Assembly: GCF_001194135.2 (NCBI RefSeq)
Contig: NC_068984.1
Location: 101,485,372 to 101,549,371 of the forward strand
Direction of reading: 5' to 3'
DNA from: Octopus bimaculoides
Lineage: Eukaryota
Length of the DNA: 64,000 nucleotides
Shown: piece after piece, positions 26,566-39,723 of the stretch
Position numbering within the stretch: position 1 is the first letter of the stretch
Layout of the letters: every line of letters starts with the position of its first letter
Made by a program: the position numbers and the translations under genes
The notes under the pieces: model-generated
The model's database searches: none
What the model was told of the DNA's origin: nothing
What the model saw: the letters and a program-made list of their open reading frames with translations, nothing else

Positions 26566-27029
26566 CTGTGGAACAAACAGAAAATAGGTTATTTTTGGCA
26601 AGTATTTCAAGTTTGCTCAAGAAATATAATAATAACATGAAGAAGTCAATTCTGCAAAGATATTAATTATTATAAATTCATGCCGTGTTCAATTTAGCAC
26701 TGCTATGTGTAATTTCTTACCTCACTCCCGCTCGCATCAAAAGTGAAAGCATCACTTTATTTCTATTAAATTATTTCTTATATTGGGTAAAATAGAAATT
26801 TAATATTACACACACACACACACACACACATATGAAAGATAATTTGTGATTTTTAGTGAAGAAACAAAAAGCACTCAACTATTCTTTTACTTGTTTCAGT
26901 AATTTGACTGCAGTCACACTGGAGTACCACCTTGAATTTTTTTAATCAAATGAATCAACCCCTGGTACTTATTCTATCATTCCCTTTTGCTGTAGTGCTA
27001 AGTTATGGGGATGTAAACACACCCATCAT

Positions 27030-27090
<61 letters not shown>

Positions 27091-27374
27091 GTATGTAGTG
27101 ACTTCATTTAGGCATAGAGTAGATTCGAACTTGAATCACGAAGTAATATATGACTATATACAATGGTAATGAATATTTCTTTACAATTTTGATCACTGCT
27201 CTTCTTTCATCTTGCACATCTGCAACATCAACAACCATTACAATTGGTAACTGCCAACTTCAACACATATCCTAACATATACCGTTACAAATTGGCAACG
27301 CTTGACCACAACAAATAAAAATACCTTTACTACTGGTGACCACTGCCCCCACCTAAAATACCATTACATTTATA

Positions 27375-27589
27375 TATATACTCTTTTACTCTTTTACTTG
27401 TTTCGGTCTTTTGACTGTGGCCATGCTGGAGCACCGCTTTTAGTCGAGCAAATCGACCCCAGGACTTATTCTTTGTAAGCCTAGTACTTATTCTATGGGT
27501 CTCTTTTGCCAAACCGCTAAGTTACGGGGACGTAAACACACCAGCATCGGTTATCAAGCAATGTTGGGGGGACAAACACAGACGCACAA

Positions 27590-27632
<43 letters not shown>

Positions 27633-27800
27633 CATATATACGACGGGCTTCTTTCAGTTTCCATCTACCAAATCCACTCACAAGGCTTTGGTCGGCCTGA
27701 GGCTATAGTAGAAGACACTTGCCCAAGGTGCCACACAGTAGGACTGAACCATGTGGTTGGTAAGCAAGCCACTTACCACACAGCCACTCCTACGCCTATA
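27375..27800 (-). mobile_element. Abundant SINE with internal (TA/CA)n microsatellite, likely related to the octopus OK/OR families (more than 20 copies or fragments in the window)
   Basis: Head ggctgtgtggtaag..ggttcagtcccactg..caccttgggcaagtgtc and tail gactgaaacaagtaaaag. Other copies at about 2560, 5620, 8335, 14410-15205, 22060, 32225, 41285, 49790, 55600 and 63620. Confidence 0.9.
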
Positions 27801-28750
27801 TATATATATATATTTATATATCATTCTTTCTCTCTCTCTCCCACTCTCTCTGTATATATATATCAGCATTATCATCGTTTAACATCTGCCTTCCATGCTG
27901 GCATGGGCAGGACATATATATATATATATATACATACACACACACACATATATACATATTTTTATGTGTCCTACCCATGCCAACATGGAAGGCAAGCATT
28001 AAATGATGATGATAGTACTGATGATATATATATATATATATATATATGTATTTATATATAAAGAGATAAGTGTGTATGAGTTTTTCATTTTAATAAATAA
28101 TGAAAAATCGTTTAACAGACATCATGTAACACTTTCACTTCACTTGGAAGAGTCTTCCAAATGTAACTGTTTATACTAATTCATTTTTATTGCAGACATT
28201 GGCCAGTGACCTGGCAGAAATTGAAAACTTTGTAGAATACGAAAGTAATAATTATACTACTTTCAAATTCTACAAACTATTAATTATTAGTGGTAATTGT
28301 AATATGTGAAAAAGCATACAACAATTACTTAGATTTTGATTGCTCAATAAGAAGATACCATTGTGAAATTTACAAAGGTAATAATGGATTTATCCATTAT
28401 TAGATACCGTTAGATATGGTGGATGACTTTATTTGCTAATTGTTTAGATTTGTGAGGATTTCCATAAAAGTAGTTTAGTAGAGTTGCAAATAGAGTACAG
28501 TTGTTATCATCATCATTTAATGTCTGCTTTCCATGCTGGCATGGGTTGGACATTTTGACAGGAGCTGGCTAGATGGAAGACTGCACCATGCTTTGCTGTC
28601 TGTTTTGACATGGCTTTTATGGCTGGATGCCCTTCTTAACACCAACCATTCTGCAGAGTGGACAGTGTTCTGAGATATTTAGTTTTGCACTTTTATGTTC
28701 TGAATCCATATCAAATGGAAATTAATAATAATCAAGTAATAAGAACTTAC

Positions 28751-28885
28751 AAAATATATGCATCCATGAAATCTTTGAGGAGCTTATAGCTTTAATTTTC
28801 TTCATTTGTTCTTCTTCAGATTCTGTACTCTCAAACTTCTGAGGCTGGTTCTTCATCATTTCAGCATATTCTTTATCAAATTCAC
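28751..28885 (-). CDS. CFAP54: CFAP54 exon (EFDKEYAEMM...SSKISWMHIF)
   Basis: ttttttAG / GTAAGT junctions, 135 nt, phase 1-1. KISW resembles recalled DITW. Confidence 0.85.
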
Positions 28886-30358
28886 CTAAAAAAAAAAGAA
28901 AAAAAGAAATAAGCAACAAAGTATGAAAGATTATTGTAATTTACTTTAGTCAAAAATTAATTGTAAAGGTAGTAAATTGGAAAAAATCATTAGTGTTGTA
29001 GATAATGTCTTGCATCTATTCCAGGTCATCTAGTTCAAGTCTTGCCGCAGTCAACTTTACCATTCATCCTTCCAGATTTGATAAAAATAAAATACAGGTA
29101 CAAAGCAGTGGATTGGCCAGACTGTTAGAGCTTTAGGGGAAATGCTTTGTTGTATTTGTTCAGTTTCTGTACAGAATCAGAGCATATGTGGAGAACTTAT
29201 ACATATAGTAAGATGGTAACTTGAAAAAATTTCAATAGAAAGGCAATGAAAACAAGTCACTAGGAGTTGTTCATTAACTTGATGGTACAAGTAATGAAAG
29301 AAAATTAGTTGTACATAAAATCTGAATTTACTTTTTCCATTTTTCTGCTATTTTTCTCTTTTATTAACTGATTCTAATCTTTTTTAACATTCTAACATGC
29401 AGTAGAATTATTTCATGTGGTCAGATACCAACTCAAACTAACAACCAAAGTTTATTGTGAATAAGAAAAACCTTAATATGTTTAATTTCTGACTTAGAAA
29501 AAAGTTTACCATAATTAATTATTAGCTACAGAAGCAGTATTAGTACCAAAAGGCAATATTTATATCCGGCTTAATGTGGATGTCTTGTTAGAACAGCAAG
29601 TACTGTGATACATGCCTTGAGAGGACCTCCTATATACCTGCTTGGTGCATAAAAGCATACACAGGTCACAGCATATGATTCTTGTCTGCTACAATCTATG
29701 AAATGCTGTTTTCTTCAGGCATCACACCAATTTACTAATTAAATGTAATTGGCCATGAAGCTGCGGTGACGAGATGTATCTGCTGATGAAAAAACTCATT
29801 ACACACATACAATACAAAATTTTACTTTCAACTGAACATTTTCATTCTACTCTTTACATTGAACATTACTTACTGTCACAAAACAGAAACAACTATCCTA
29901 TCTCGCTTCAAAAAGGAAAAACAATTTACCTAACCAAAACATTATACAACAATACTATGTCAACTACCCAAAAGAAGTAAACCCCATTCTGAGTTAGGAA
30001 CTAAATGAAGAAGTTCTTCATAATTGTTACTCATGATGAATAGCCTTTAGCTGTTGGTTGACAATGCTACATGTCAAAGGTTGGTTTCCTTCTAATAAAA
30101 CAGAACTTTACCAGTGTGAAGGATGATTTCTTTGATAGAAAACCTCATTTCATTTAATCACTGTTGTTTTTAATTATTATAGGTCAAGTTAGTGTTAATG
30201 TTGCAAAATAGTGACTTTTATTTCTATCCAATGTATATATTGTGATACATGAAGACTGTGAAATAAAAGAGCTATAAAAATGACCATACATTTGTGTGTT
30301 CAAATCCTGTTTCTATAGTTATTGTGTAGTCTCTGTGCAAAACCTCATCCATGCAAGT

Positions 30359-30482
30359 AAGGATGGAGTTAGCACATACATAGAATCTACCTTTTAATCA
30401 CTCATCTCACAAACCTGGATGTCATAGCAATGACATCCAGGTAAGTAGTAACCATATCGCCATGGTTAAAAATCACATATTT
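30359..30482 (-). ncRNA. Candidate structured intronic RNA, copy A
   Basis: About 94% identical to 31215-31338. Contains a GNRA-capped hairpin and a 13-bp perfect hairpin; family not recognised. Confidence 0.4.
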
Positions 30483-30567
30483 TCTTCCCATCTATGAATA
30501 AAACAAGAAACAGTCAAGAAATACATGGGAAAATATGTAAAACAAGATAAAACAAAATTAATGTTAC

Positions 30568-30835
30568 TTTCAAATTTTATCCTTTTCTTCCCAAGCACAT
30601 ATTTCGCAAATATATCCATATTGATAAAATCTGGTATTTTGCTGAGCAATTTTGATGATATGTCAGCTTGAGATGCAAGTTTCAGAGATCCTCTTAAACT
30701 TATTTCTTGCATGTGTTTATTTGAAAGAATTGCTGTAGTTCGTATGGCCAACCAAGCAAGCATTGCTAAGTATCTTTCTTTTTGTGGTTGCAGAAGAACG
30801 ATGCGGTTTTCATACTCATTCTTCCCTGTTTTTAG
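30568..30835 (-). CDS. CFAP54: CFAP54 exon (LKTGK...MLAWLAIRTT...KIPDFINMDIF...KFE)
   Basis: ctttcAG acceptor, weak GTAACA donor, 268 nt, phase 0-1. LAWLAIR and IPDF match recalled LAWIAIR and IPEF. Confidence 0.85.
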
Positions 30836-31214
30836 CTGAAAGTGAAAGAAAGGATACTTTACAAAATTGGCTAAGCCAGTTGATTATATACACATTCTAT
30901 CCAAATAAATATACAATTTATATTATTATGATAAAATCTCATCATAACAGCTTTGACAAGTTTATCAATCTTTCTTATTCTTATTCTTTATTCTTTTTCA
31001 TTTTTCATTCTTTAGACCTCTTCTACAGATTCTGCTTTCATCTGAATTCAACTCTGATTCCTGTTTTCTCATCCCTTTTTCAACATAATGAAATGCTTTT
31101 ACCTATACTACAAAAACATCTGTTGTTATCAGCTATTCATTACTCCTTTTAAGTGCCTATTATGTTTGCTTCCTTTTTGAAGTTATGATTACATCCTCTA
31201 CTCTAACTTCACCA

Positions 31215-31338
31215 AAGAATGGAGTTAGCACATACATAAAATCTACCTTTTAATCACTCATCTCACAAACCTGGATGTTAAATCAATGACATCCAGGTAA
31301 GTAGTAACCATATCACCATGGTTAAAAGTCACATATTT
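31215..31338 (-). ncRNA. Candidate structured intronic RNA, copy B
   Basis: Direct duplicate of 30359-30482 in the adjacent intron, with abrupt homology boundaries. Confidence 0.4.
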
Positions 31339-32393
31339 CAATTCCTTTAACCCTTCGTAACCATATTTCTGTTGAACTACACTCTTTTTGTTTTAATTAA
31401 TTTTGAAAATAAAGAATTTAATAAAGTAACTTTATGATTGTCACCTGGATTTTGGAAGATAAATTGACATGAAATTTTAATGGAAGGTATAGATTTAGAT
31501 TACTTGAAAACAGGAAATTTGTATAATAGATGTAGGGGTGAGCTCAGGTGGGTTGATACCAAAAGGGTTAAGTTTACCAACAAACTTAACAATTTCATAG
31601 ATTCATCTTACTATTAACAGTTCTTCAATTATTTATCTTCCTTCACTGAGTAAATTCATTATAATGTTTCTTTCTCTAAAGACAGACATTATATGTTTAC
31701 CCAAAGCACTCACTTCACTCTGTACAGAAGTCAAAGTTATTGCTATTCCAAACAAGTGACATCAACTAATCTCATCTTTTTTACCTAAAGTGCCCCATCC
31801 ACTGAGTCTTTATACTTTACTGTTTTCTTTCTGATTTCTAAATCCAGCCACTTTTCAGGTTGACCATTCCTGTCTCAGTACTGCATTTCACTTCACATCA
31901 ATACAGAAAAGTATTTGTTTTGTGCATTCTTTGATTTGACTAAAAATTAGCTGGAGTTTTGCTATTTGTATATTGATCACCTTTGGCAGCAACTGAGATT
32001 CTTCAAGGATCACTTATCTTTTATTTTTTACTTGTTTCAGTCATTTGACTGTGTCCATGCTGGGGCAATGCCTTGCTTGGGAAAACTTTGATGAAAGCAA
32101 TGTTGTTAACTTTGCCATCAGTTAAAGTTTTGATGTAAACCTCTTGGTAAAGTTACCTGTCTATAAGCTTCATTTGTATATTATCTCTTGGATTAAAGGT
32201 TCTTACCATGCTGCTGCATTGTCAAATACGTAGGTGCAGGAGTGGCTGTGTGGTAAGTAGCTTGCTTACCAACCACATGGTTCCAGGTTCAGTCCCACTG
32301 CATGGCACCTTGGGCAAGTGTCATCTACTATAGCCTTGAACCGACCAAAGCCTTGTGAGTGGATTTGGTAGATGGAAACTGAAAGAAGTCTGT

Positions 32394-32426
<33 letters not shown>

Positions 32427-33665
32427 NNNNNNNNNNNNNNNNNNNNNNNNNNNNNNNNNNNNNNNNNNNNNNNNNNNNNNNNNNNNNNNNNNNNNNNNNN
32501 NNNNNNNNNNNNNNNNNNNNNNNNNNNNNNNNNNNNNNNNNNNNNNNNNNNNNNNNNNNNNNNNNNNNNNNNNNNNNNNNNNNNNNNNNNNNNNNNNNNN
32601 NNNNNNNNNNNNNNNNNNNNNNNNNNNNNNNNNNNNNNNNNNNNNNNNNNNNNNNNNNNNNNNNNNNNNNNNNNNNNNNNNNNNNNNNNNNNNNNNNNNN
32701 NNNNNNNNNNNNNNNNNNNNNNNNNNNNNNNNNNNNNNNNNNNNNNNNNNNNNNNNNNNNNNNNNNNNNNNNNNNNNNNNNNNNNNNNNNNNNNNNNNNN
32801 NNNNNNNNNNNNNNNNNNNNNNNNNNNNNNNNNNNNNNNNNNGAACAGCCTGCTCGTGAAATTAACGTGCAAGTGGCTGAGCACTCCACAGACATGTGTG
32901 CCCTTAACGTAGTTCTCGAGGATATTCAGCATGACACAGTGTGACAAGGCTGACCCTTTGAATTACAGGTACAACAGAAACAGGAAGTAAGAGTGAGAGA
33001 AAGTTGTGGTGAAAGAGTACAGCAGTGTTTGCCACCATCCCCTGTCGGAGCCTCGTGGAGCTTTAGGTGTTTTCGCTCAATAAACACTCACAACGCCTGG
33101 TCTGGGAATCAAAACTGCGATCCTATGACCGCGAGTCCGCTGCCCTAACCATTGGGCCATTGCACCTCCACTATGATACCTATATAAGATATTTATTATA
33201 CAACCTTTTCAATGTTGTCTTAGAGAACATGATTAATCCTGCTCACCATCCAAAGTTTCTTTGTCAATGCTACAACTTCAATTCAACATCTTAGATTCTT
33301 TGAGATATGTCTGTACCAATCAATGGCACCTATCCTTAAACAAATAATGAAAGTAGTCCAGTTTGGAAATGTTCCCTAACATGAAACATCTGCTTCAAAT
33401 AGGATTTTTTTTTTTAATCCAGACATTTCATTGTAACAATCTTGTCTTTTATCTAAACTTCCCATAGATTTCACTTTTTTAACACTACATAGCTTTTTCA
33501 CTTTACATCCCTAAAGTTTTCCAACTAATACACACCCTTTGAATATACTTTCTTTTATTCTTTTATTTGTTTCAGTCATTTGACTGTGGCCATGATGGGG
33601 CACCGCTTTGAAGAAGTTTACTCAACTCCAGGACATTTTTAAAGTCTGGTACTTAATCTATCAGT

Positions 33666-33978
33666 GGAAGCGCAATGGCCCAGTGGTTAGGGCAGCGGAC
33701 TCGCAATCGGAGGATCGCGGTTTCAATCCCCAGACTGGGCGTTGTGTGTGTTTATTGAGCAAAAACACTTAAAAGCTCCACGAGGCTCTGGCAGGGAGTG
33801 GTGGCGACCCCTGTTGTACTCTTTCGCCACAACTTTCTCTCACTCTTTCTTCCTGTTTCTTGAGTAACGCTGCGATGGACTGGCGTCCCGTCCAGCTGGG
33901 GGGAACACATACGCCATAGAAACCGGGAAACCGGGCCCATGAGCCTGGCTAGGCTTTAAAAGGGCGCATAATAAAAAA
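33666..33978 (+). mobile_element. Full-length tRNA-head SINE inserted in an older SINE
   Basis: 15-bp TSD acttaatctatcagt, A-rich tail, CpGs retained. Confidence 0.9.
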
Positions 33979-34759
33979 ACTTAATCTATCAGTTTCTTCT
34001 GCCAAACCACTATGTTACAGGGATGTAAACACACCAGCACCAGTTGTTAAGCAGAGGTGGGGGACAGATACACACTCACACACATGCATGCATACATACA
34101 TACATACACATAAAGACCCCCTTTTGTCATGAATGATCATGGGATTGTACCTAGAAAGTTACCCACCAAAGCACAACTCCAGGCAAAGTTGTTTATAGAA
34201 GTCCATGCATACTGGCCTTCCCTCTCCATGCCACTGATGTTATCCAAGGGAAAGGTAAAGGCCAATACAGTTTGGCACTAGTGACATCACAACTCATTTC
34301 TACAGCTGAGTGAACTGGAGCAATGTGAAATAAAGTGTCTTGCACAAGAACACAATACACAGCCCAGTCTGGGAATCGAACTCACTACCTCATGGTTGTG
34401 AGCCTGACACTCTAACCACTGAGCCATGCACCTGTGACAGACTAGTTGTTACATCCAAGGAAAGATTGCTCTCTCATAGCACTGTCCCTACACTATATTC
34501 TACTTTACCTCAGTACACCCCAGCTGTTATTAGGTACCACCAGATCATCTTGGAATGTTATCTATGATGGGTGATGGTCACATTCAGAGAGAGAATTATC
34601 TCTCATCACAGTCTCCCTACCGTTATGCACTATATCCTGTATTATCCCACTTCACCCTGGCTGATCACTGGAGGCTACACCTTGCATCATGTTGCATTTC
34701 TTAAAAGACGTCAGCAGCCTTTCTGACTCTGCCAATTACCATTCTGATGTACTCATTAA

Positions 34760-35115
34760 CACCTGTACTCACTAACTCTTATACTCAGTTATGTTTGCAC
34801 ACACATTTGTACTCACTAACTGTTGTACTCACATTTGTACTCACTAACTGTTGTGCTCACATTTGTACTCACTAACTGTTGTACTCAATAACTGTTGTAC
34901 TCAATAACTGTTGTATTCATGCTTGCACTCACATTTGTACTCACTAACTGTTGTGCTCACATTTTTACTCACTAACTGTTGTATTCACATTTGCACCCAT
35001 TAACTGTTGTACTCACATTTGTACTCACTAACTGTTGTGCTTACATTTGTACTCACTAACTGTTGTACTCACATTTGTACTCACTAACTGTAGTGCTCAC
35101 GTCTGTACTCTCTAA
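34760..35115. repeat. 28-bp compound minisatellite, about 10 units
   Basis: (actcacatttgt+actcactaactgttgt)n. Confidence 0.9.
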
Positions 35116-35562
35116 CATTTTCTCATAACATTTCGGTGTTGTTGCTATGTAAAAATCACTCAGTCCACTCTGGTGGATGGTTGGTGTTAGGAAGGGCATC
35201 CAACCATAAAAAACCCAGCCAAAACAGACACTGACAACTGGTGCAGTCTTCTGCCTAACCAGCCTCTGTCAAACTGTCTAACCCATGCCAACATGGAAGG
35301 CAGAAATTAAATGAAGATGATGATAATATATATATATACACACAATGGATTTCTATCAGTTTCCATCTACCAAATCCACTCACAAGGCTATGTTCAGCCT
35401 GAAGCTATAGCAGAAGACACCTACCAAAGGTGCTATGCATTGGGGCTGAACCCAGGGCCATGTAGTTAAGAAGCAAGCTTCTTACCACACAGCCATGCTA
35501 GACATTATTGAAAAAGTATATTTTGTAAGTTCTTCAAGGGTTAAGTTAAATAAGCAACTTAC

Positions 35563-35650
35563 TTTTGTTCTTTGGCATTGGAAGATAGTGGGTTCTTTTA
35601 AGTAAGAAAAGCAAACCAGGCTTATCTCAAGGTAGGCACTCTTTGTCAAT
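35563..35650 (-). CDS. CFAP54: CFAP54 exon (LTKSAYLEISLVCFSYLKEP...)
   Basis: cttcAG / GTAAGT junctions, 88 nt, phase 2-0. AYLEISL resembles recalled SYLEMAL. Confidence 0.85.
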
Positions 35651-36995
35651 CTGAAGCGAAGAAATGGGATTATTTTCATAATAAGCACACACACACACAC
35701 ACATATAAAAAACATTTGGTTCATTTTTTAATTTATTTTTCTCAGCTTAAATAGGTGCTAAGCTATACATCTTGGGAAGGAAACTGAAGATTAAATCAAC
35801 ATCAGTACTTGACTGGTACTTATTTTATTAAACCTAAGAGAAAAAAGAAATCAAAGTTAACCCTGAGGTAAACCCTTAATTACACAGTGTAACAAAGTTT
35901 TAATTTTTTTTTTTGTCTTTGGTTAATAAGTGTTATTTTTTATTTGCTTCAATCTAGAAATCAAAGGAAATGACTATTATTCCCTTCAAACTTTGATTTT
36001 GTGACTTGGACATCAACAAAATGAAACTCACCTATTTTCCATTACATTTCAGATATATTCAGTGCTGAGTTGCTGAAGCAGAAATACCATTATGGCAAAT
36101 ATTCTGCTCAATATTACAGATTTGCTTGTCAACTGCTTGACCTTAACCAGTTGAGCATGTCTCTTAGTGCCTGACAATATGTGCATCTCTGATCATGGGG
36201 AGGAATAGTGGGGAGCATCATAGCTATGTGTTGAGAGGGATTCTTTGGGGTTTGAATAAATGTAACAAAAGCAAAGTTTGAAGGAAACGTTGGCCATTTT
36301 TCATACTTTCTAGGGGTAAGCAAATAGAAAATAACAGTTGCTACCCAAGGACAAAAATCATGTTACACAGTGTTATTTACCAGCTAATCAACAACTTCAA
36401 TGAGTAGAAATTACCTTTTTTGTAAATATATTTCAATAAAATGGAAACATAATGGTCTCAGAAGAAAATTCATCTTTCTGGAATAATTGCTGCTTTCTTT
36501 CTTCATCATTTTCAACTTACAAAAGTAAGGCTCATAGTAAATAAGCCAATGTTGTATTAAACTCAGCAGAAACATAACACACATGTATTAATTACTAAAT
36601 TGAGTGCCACAAATTATCTTTCATGGCTTTCTACTGCATAAACATAATAATTCTATTTATTCTCCAATATACTAATGGCCTATTATATATCCTGAATATT
36701 GTATTGATATAAAATAAAAATTCGAGGCCCTGTAAGGTGTTATTCAGGTACTCAACTATATGAGTCCACTGCATCTAATAGCAGAAACAGGTGTGAGCTA
36801 ATGAAGTTCATAAGATAATCATTTATTCGTTCGTTGTCATTTTGTTATTACTGCTCTGTACTTGACTAATGCTTCGTTCTGAAGCATATGTATATTTAGT
36901 TCAATACCAGGTTACTAGTTTTGCAATGCCTAAGAGAAATATTAGAATAAAAATTAAGACCAATAAAGAAATTTGAAAATGTAGTAAAGACTTAC

Positions 36996-37098
36996 ACTAT
37001 ATTATGATGTGCAGAATAATCAACTTTAATTGCCTCAATAAATGAACTGATTGGTATAATTGATGGGATGCTTCTGCACAGCAATCTTTGAACTTTAC
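36996..37098 (-). CDS. CFAP54: CFAP54 exon (GKVQRLLCRS...FIEAIKVDY...)
   Basis: attgcAG / GTAAGT junctions, 103 nt, phase 1-2. Resembles recalled GKIERQ...LYEAIQL. Confidence 0.85.
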
Positions 37099-37120
37099 CT
37101 GCAATATAAATATGTATATA

Positions 37121-37366
37121 TACTAGCAGCTAAGCCCGGTTTCACCCGGTCGGTTTGGATGATGTGGCTGTAAAACCTGCTCTGTGTAAGCATTCGACTT
37201 CTTTGGACATGCTTACGTTAAAAAACAATTTTAGAATGATTTTTTTTTTCTGTCAAAATGCTAAAAATAACTGACCAACAAAAAAAAACCAGCCAAGATT
37301 CAACCAAATAAAAAATAAACCCAAATACTAAGCGAACAAAGATGAACCATCCCACTTCCATTGCAT

Positions 37367-37406
<40 letters not shown>

Positions 37407-37640
37407 CACACATGCACACACATTCACATACCTCCCCTTTTACATACACACACACACATATATTCTCACAGAGTTGTCATTGCCAGCAAAAGTGGGGTGA
37501 GGTTGATATGTGTGGAGCAGGATTATTGGATAGGTGTCCAAACCTTTAACTTTATGTATCAGTGCATCACACCAAAACATGCACAAGACACAGGCACACA
37601 TCTGCTTACTTACTTTCTACATTCCCACCTAGAGAGGCAG

Positions 37641-37680
<40 letters not shown>

Positions 37681-37738
37681 GTCAATGAGGCGGTGTAGTG
37701 AATACTGTATGTGGAATGTTCCTAATTCATTAGAATAT
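37121..37738 (+). mobile_element. Possible Helitron/Helentron-type non-autonomous element
   Basis: Starts actagcagctaagcccggtttcacccgg, has internal (CA)n arrays and an AT-rich end. Confidence 0.45.
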
Positions 37739-37739
37739 A

Positions 37740-39028
37740 CTGGGGTTGGACAAAATAAAGGAATCACCTAACATCATAGCATCATAATTTTAAATTAGCT
37801 ATAAAACCATCCAATGCCTGTTTATATTCATGTTTTTTGATTTATCATTAGCGTTGCTTAATATGTTTTTCTAAAATTGCTGTTTCTTTTCAGATATCAT
37901 CACAAAAATGTAATTAAAATTCATTAGAGTGACAGATCTATTGGTGCTAGTATGGCAGGCACTAGCGTAACGAAAACAGCTAAAATGTTTGGTGTATCAA
38001 GAAGTACTGTCTCAAAAGTAATGACAGCCTTTGAGAAAAAGAGAAAAACCTCCTTGTCGAAACAAAACTCTGGAAGGAAACCAAAACTTTTAGATAGGGA
38101 CTGTCAGGCTCTTACGTGAATTGTTAGAAAGGATCACAAAAGTACAGCTCCCAAAATAACTGCAGAGCTTAATGACCACCTCAAAAACCCAGTTTCCACA
38201 AAAAACTGTTCACCAGGAGCTGCACAAAGCCAGATTTCATGGGAGGGTTGCAATCAGAAAACCACTACTTTCAAAAACAAACATTGCAAAGCATTTAGAG
38301 TGGAGTAAAAAACTACAGAATTGGTCCCGAGCGCAGTGGAAGAATGTCATTTTCTTGGACGAGTCATCCTTTACCCTATTTCTGACAACCCACTGAGTGT
38401 ATNNNNNNNNNNNNNNNNNNNNNNNNNNNNNNNNNNNNNNNNNNNNNNNNNNNNNNNNNNNNNNNNNNNNNNNNNNNNNNNNNNNNNNNNNNNNNNNNNN
38501 NNNNNNNNNNNNNNNNNNNNNNNNNNNNNNNNNNNNNNNNNNNNNNNNNNNNNNNNNNNNNNNNNNNNNNNNNNNNNNNNNNNNNNNNNNNNNNNNNNNN
38601 NNNNTATCTGATCAAATTCATCCTATGGTTACAGAACTGTTTCTGGAGGGAAACGCAATCTTTCAGGATGATAATGCACCAATTCACACAACTAAAGTTG
38701 TTACTGAATGGCACAAGGAATATTTTAGTGAAGTTGAACATCTTATCTGGCCACTACAGTCCCCAGATCTCAATATTATTGAACATTTATGATGCATTTT
38801 AGAAAAAACAAGTAAGGAGTCGATATCCTCCACCATCATCACTACAAGAACTGGAGACTGTTTTAGCTGAAGAATGAACAAAAATTTCTTTAGAAATAAT
38901 TCAAACTTTGTATGAGTCCATACCTTGTAGAATTCAAGCTATAATTACTGCCAAGGGCAGTCCTACCCCATATTAAAATAAATTTGTTTGAAATTTTAAG
39001 GTGTTTCCATTATTTTGTCCAACCTCCA
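37740..39028 (+). mobile_element. Tc1-family DNA transposon, transposase pseudogenised, N-gap inside
   Basis: About 30-bp imperfect TIRs (ggttggacaaaataa) flanked by TA. Motifs RKPLL, W.NVIFLDES, FQDDNAPIH and WPLQSPDLNIIE are present with in-frame stops. Confidence 0.92.
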
Positions 39029-39589
39029 TATATTATATATCTCTGTATATCAATATCTTTCCTTTTGTGTCAGTAAAGAAAAATTTCACTTCAGATGACC
39101 AAAGCTGGTTGCAGCTAAAGATGGTTGACACATGTGTTATCAGGCCAGTAGGAATAAAGCCTACGAACCAAGGCCTATCTTATGCCCCTAACCTGATAAG
39201 AAGGAAAGAAACACACACACACATACACACACATACAAAGGTACAACCATACTCATGTATATATCTGCACATATGCTCATGTGCATACACACACACATGC
39301 AGTAGTCTTTCATATTATCCAGGAGAAGTTAGCCTTTCATCTGCTTCCTATCATAAACCTGAAGATAAATAATTGTTCTAAATAACAACATGAGGATCTA
39401 AAGAATAATTTACAAAACATTACTTAGTTAAAAAATACATCTATGGATTTACAATTTATATATTCCTTTTGGAAATTTAAAAGACATTCTACTGTATCAA
39501 TATTATCTTTTTTTTCAATATGGCAGCAGTCAAATGACTGAAACAAGTAAAAGGTAAAAAGTAAAAGATATAAATTCCTTATTACTCAC

Positions 39590-39723
39590 CAGTTTGCAGC
39601 AATATCTCCATACTAAGACTGGGTCGATAGGAATTACTTGATCGATTTAACAACAAAGCTTCATTTAATAACTCAAGGGAATTGAAAATCTTGTTTCTTT
39701 GCTTAGATTCAACACTCGTTAAA
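39590..39723 (-). CDS. CFAP54: CFAP54 exon (LTSVESK...SMEILLQT)
   Basis: ctttcAG / GTGAGT junctions, 134 nt, phase 2-1. EILLQTG resembles recalled EILFQKG. Confidence 0.85.

Noticed and set aside
30430-30447. U1 snRNA gene or pseudogene (ACUUACCUGG)
   Set aside because: Only the roughly 10-nt 5' motif matches; there are no U1 stem-loops and no canonical Sm site.
32266-32947. Long ORFs spanning N-runs or microsatellites (also at about 21000, 38400, 41500 and 50100)
   Set aside because: They are artefacts of assembly gaps and of (TA)n/(CA)n repeats that lack stops.
33666-33740. tRNA gene
   Set aside because: It is a SINE head with A/B boxes only, lacks a complete acceptor stem, and continues into a SINE body with TSD.
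36412-36520. CFAP54 exon candidate (KLKMMKKE...)
   Set aside because: There is no AG acceptor in the needed phase; 36996-37098 fits better in both phase and similarity.
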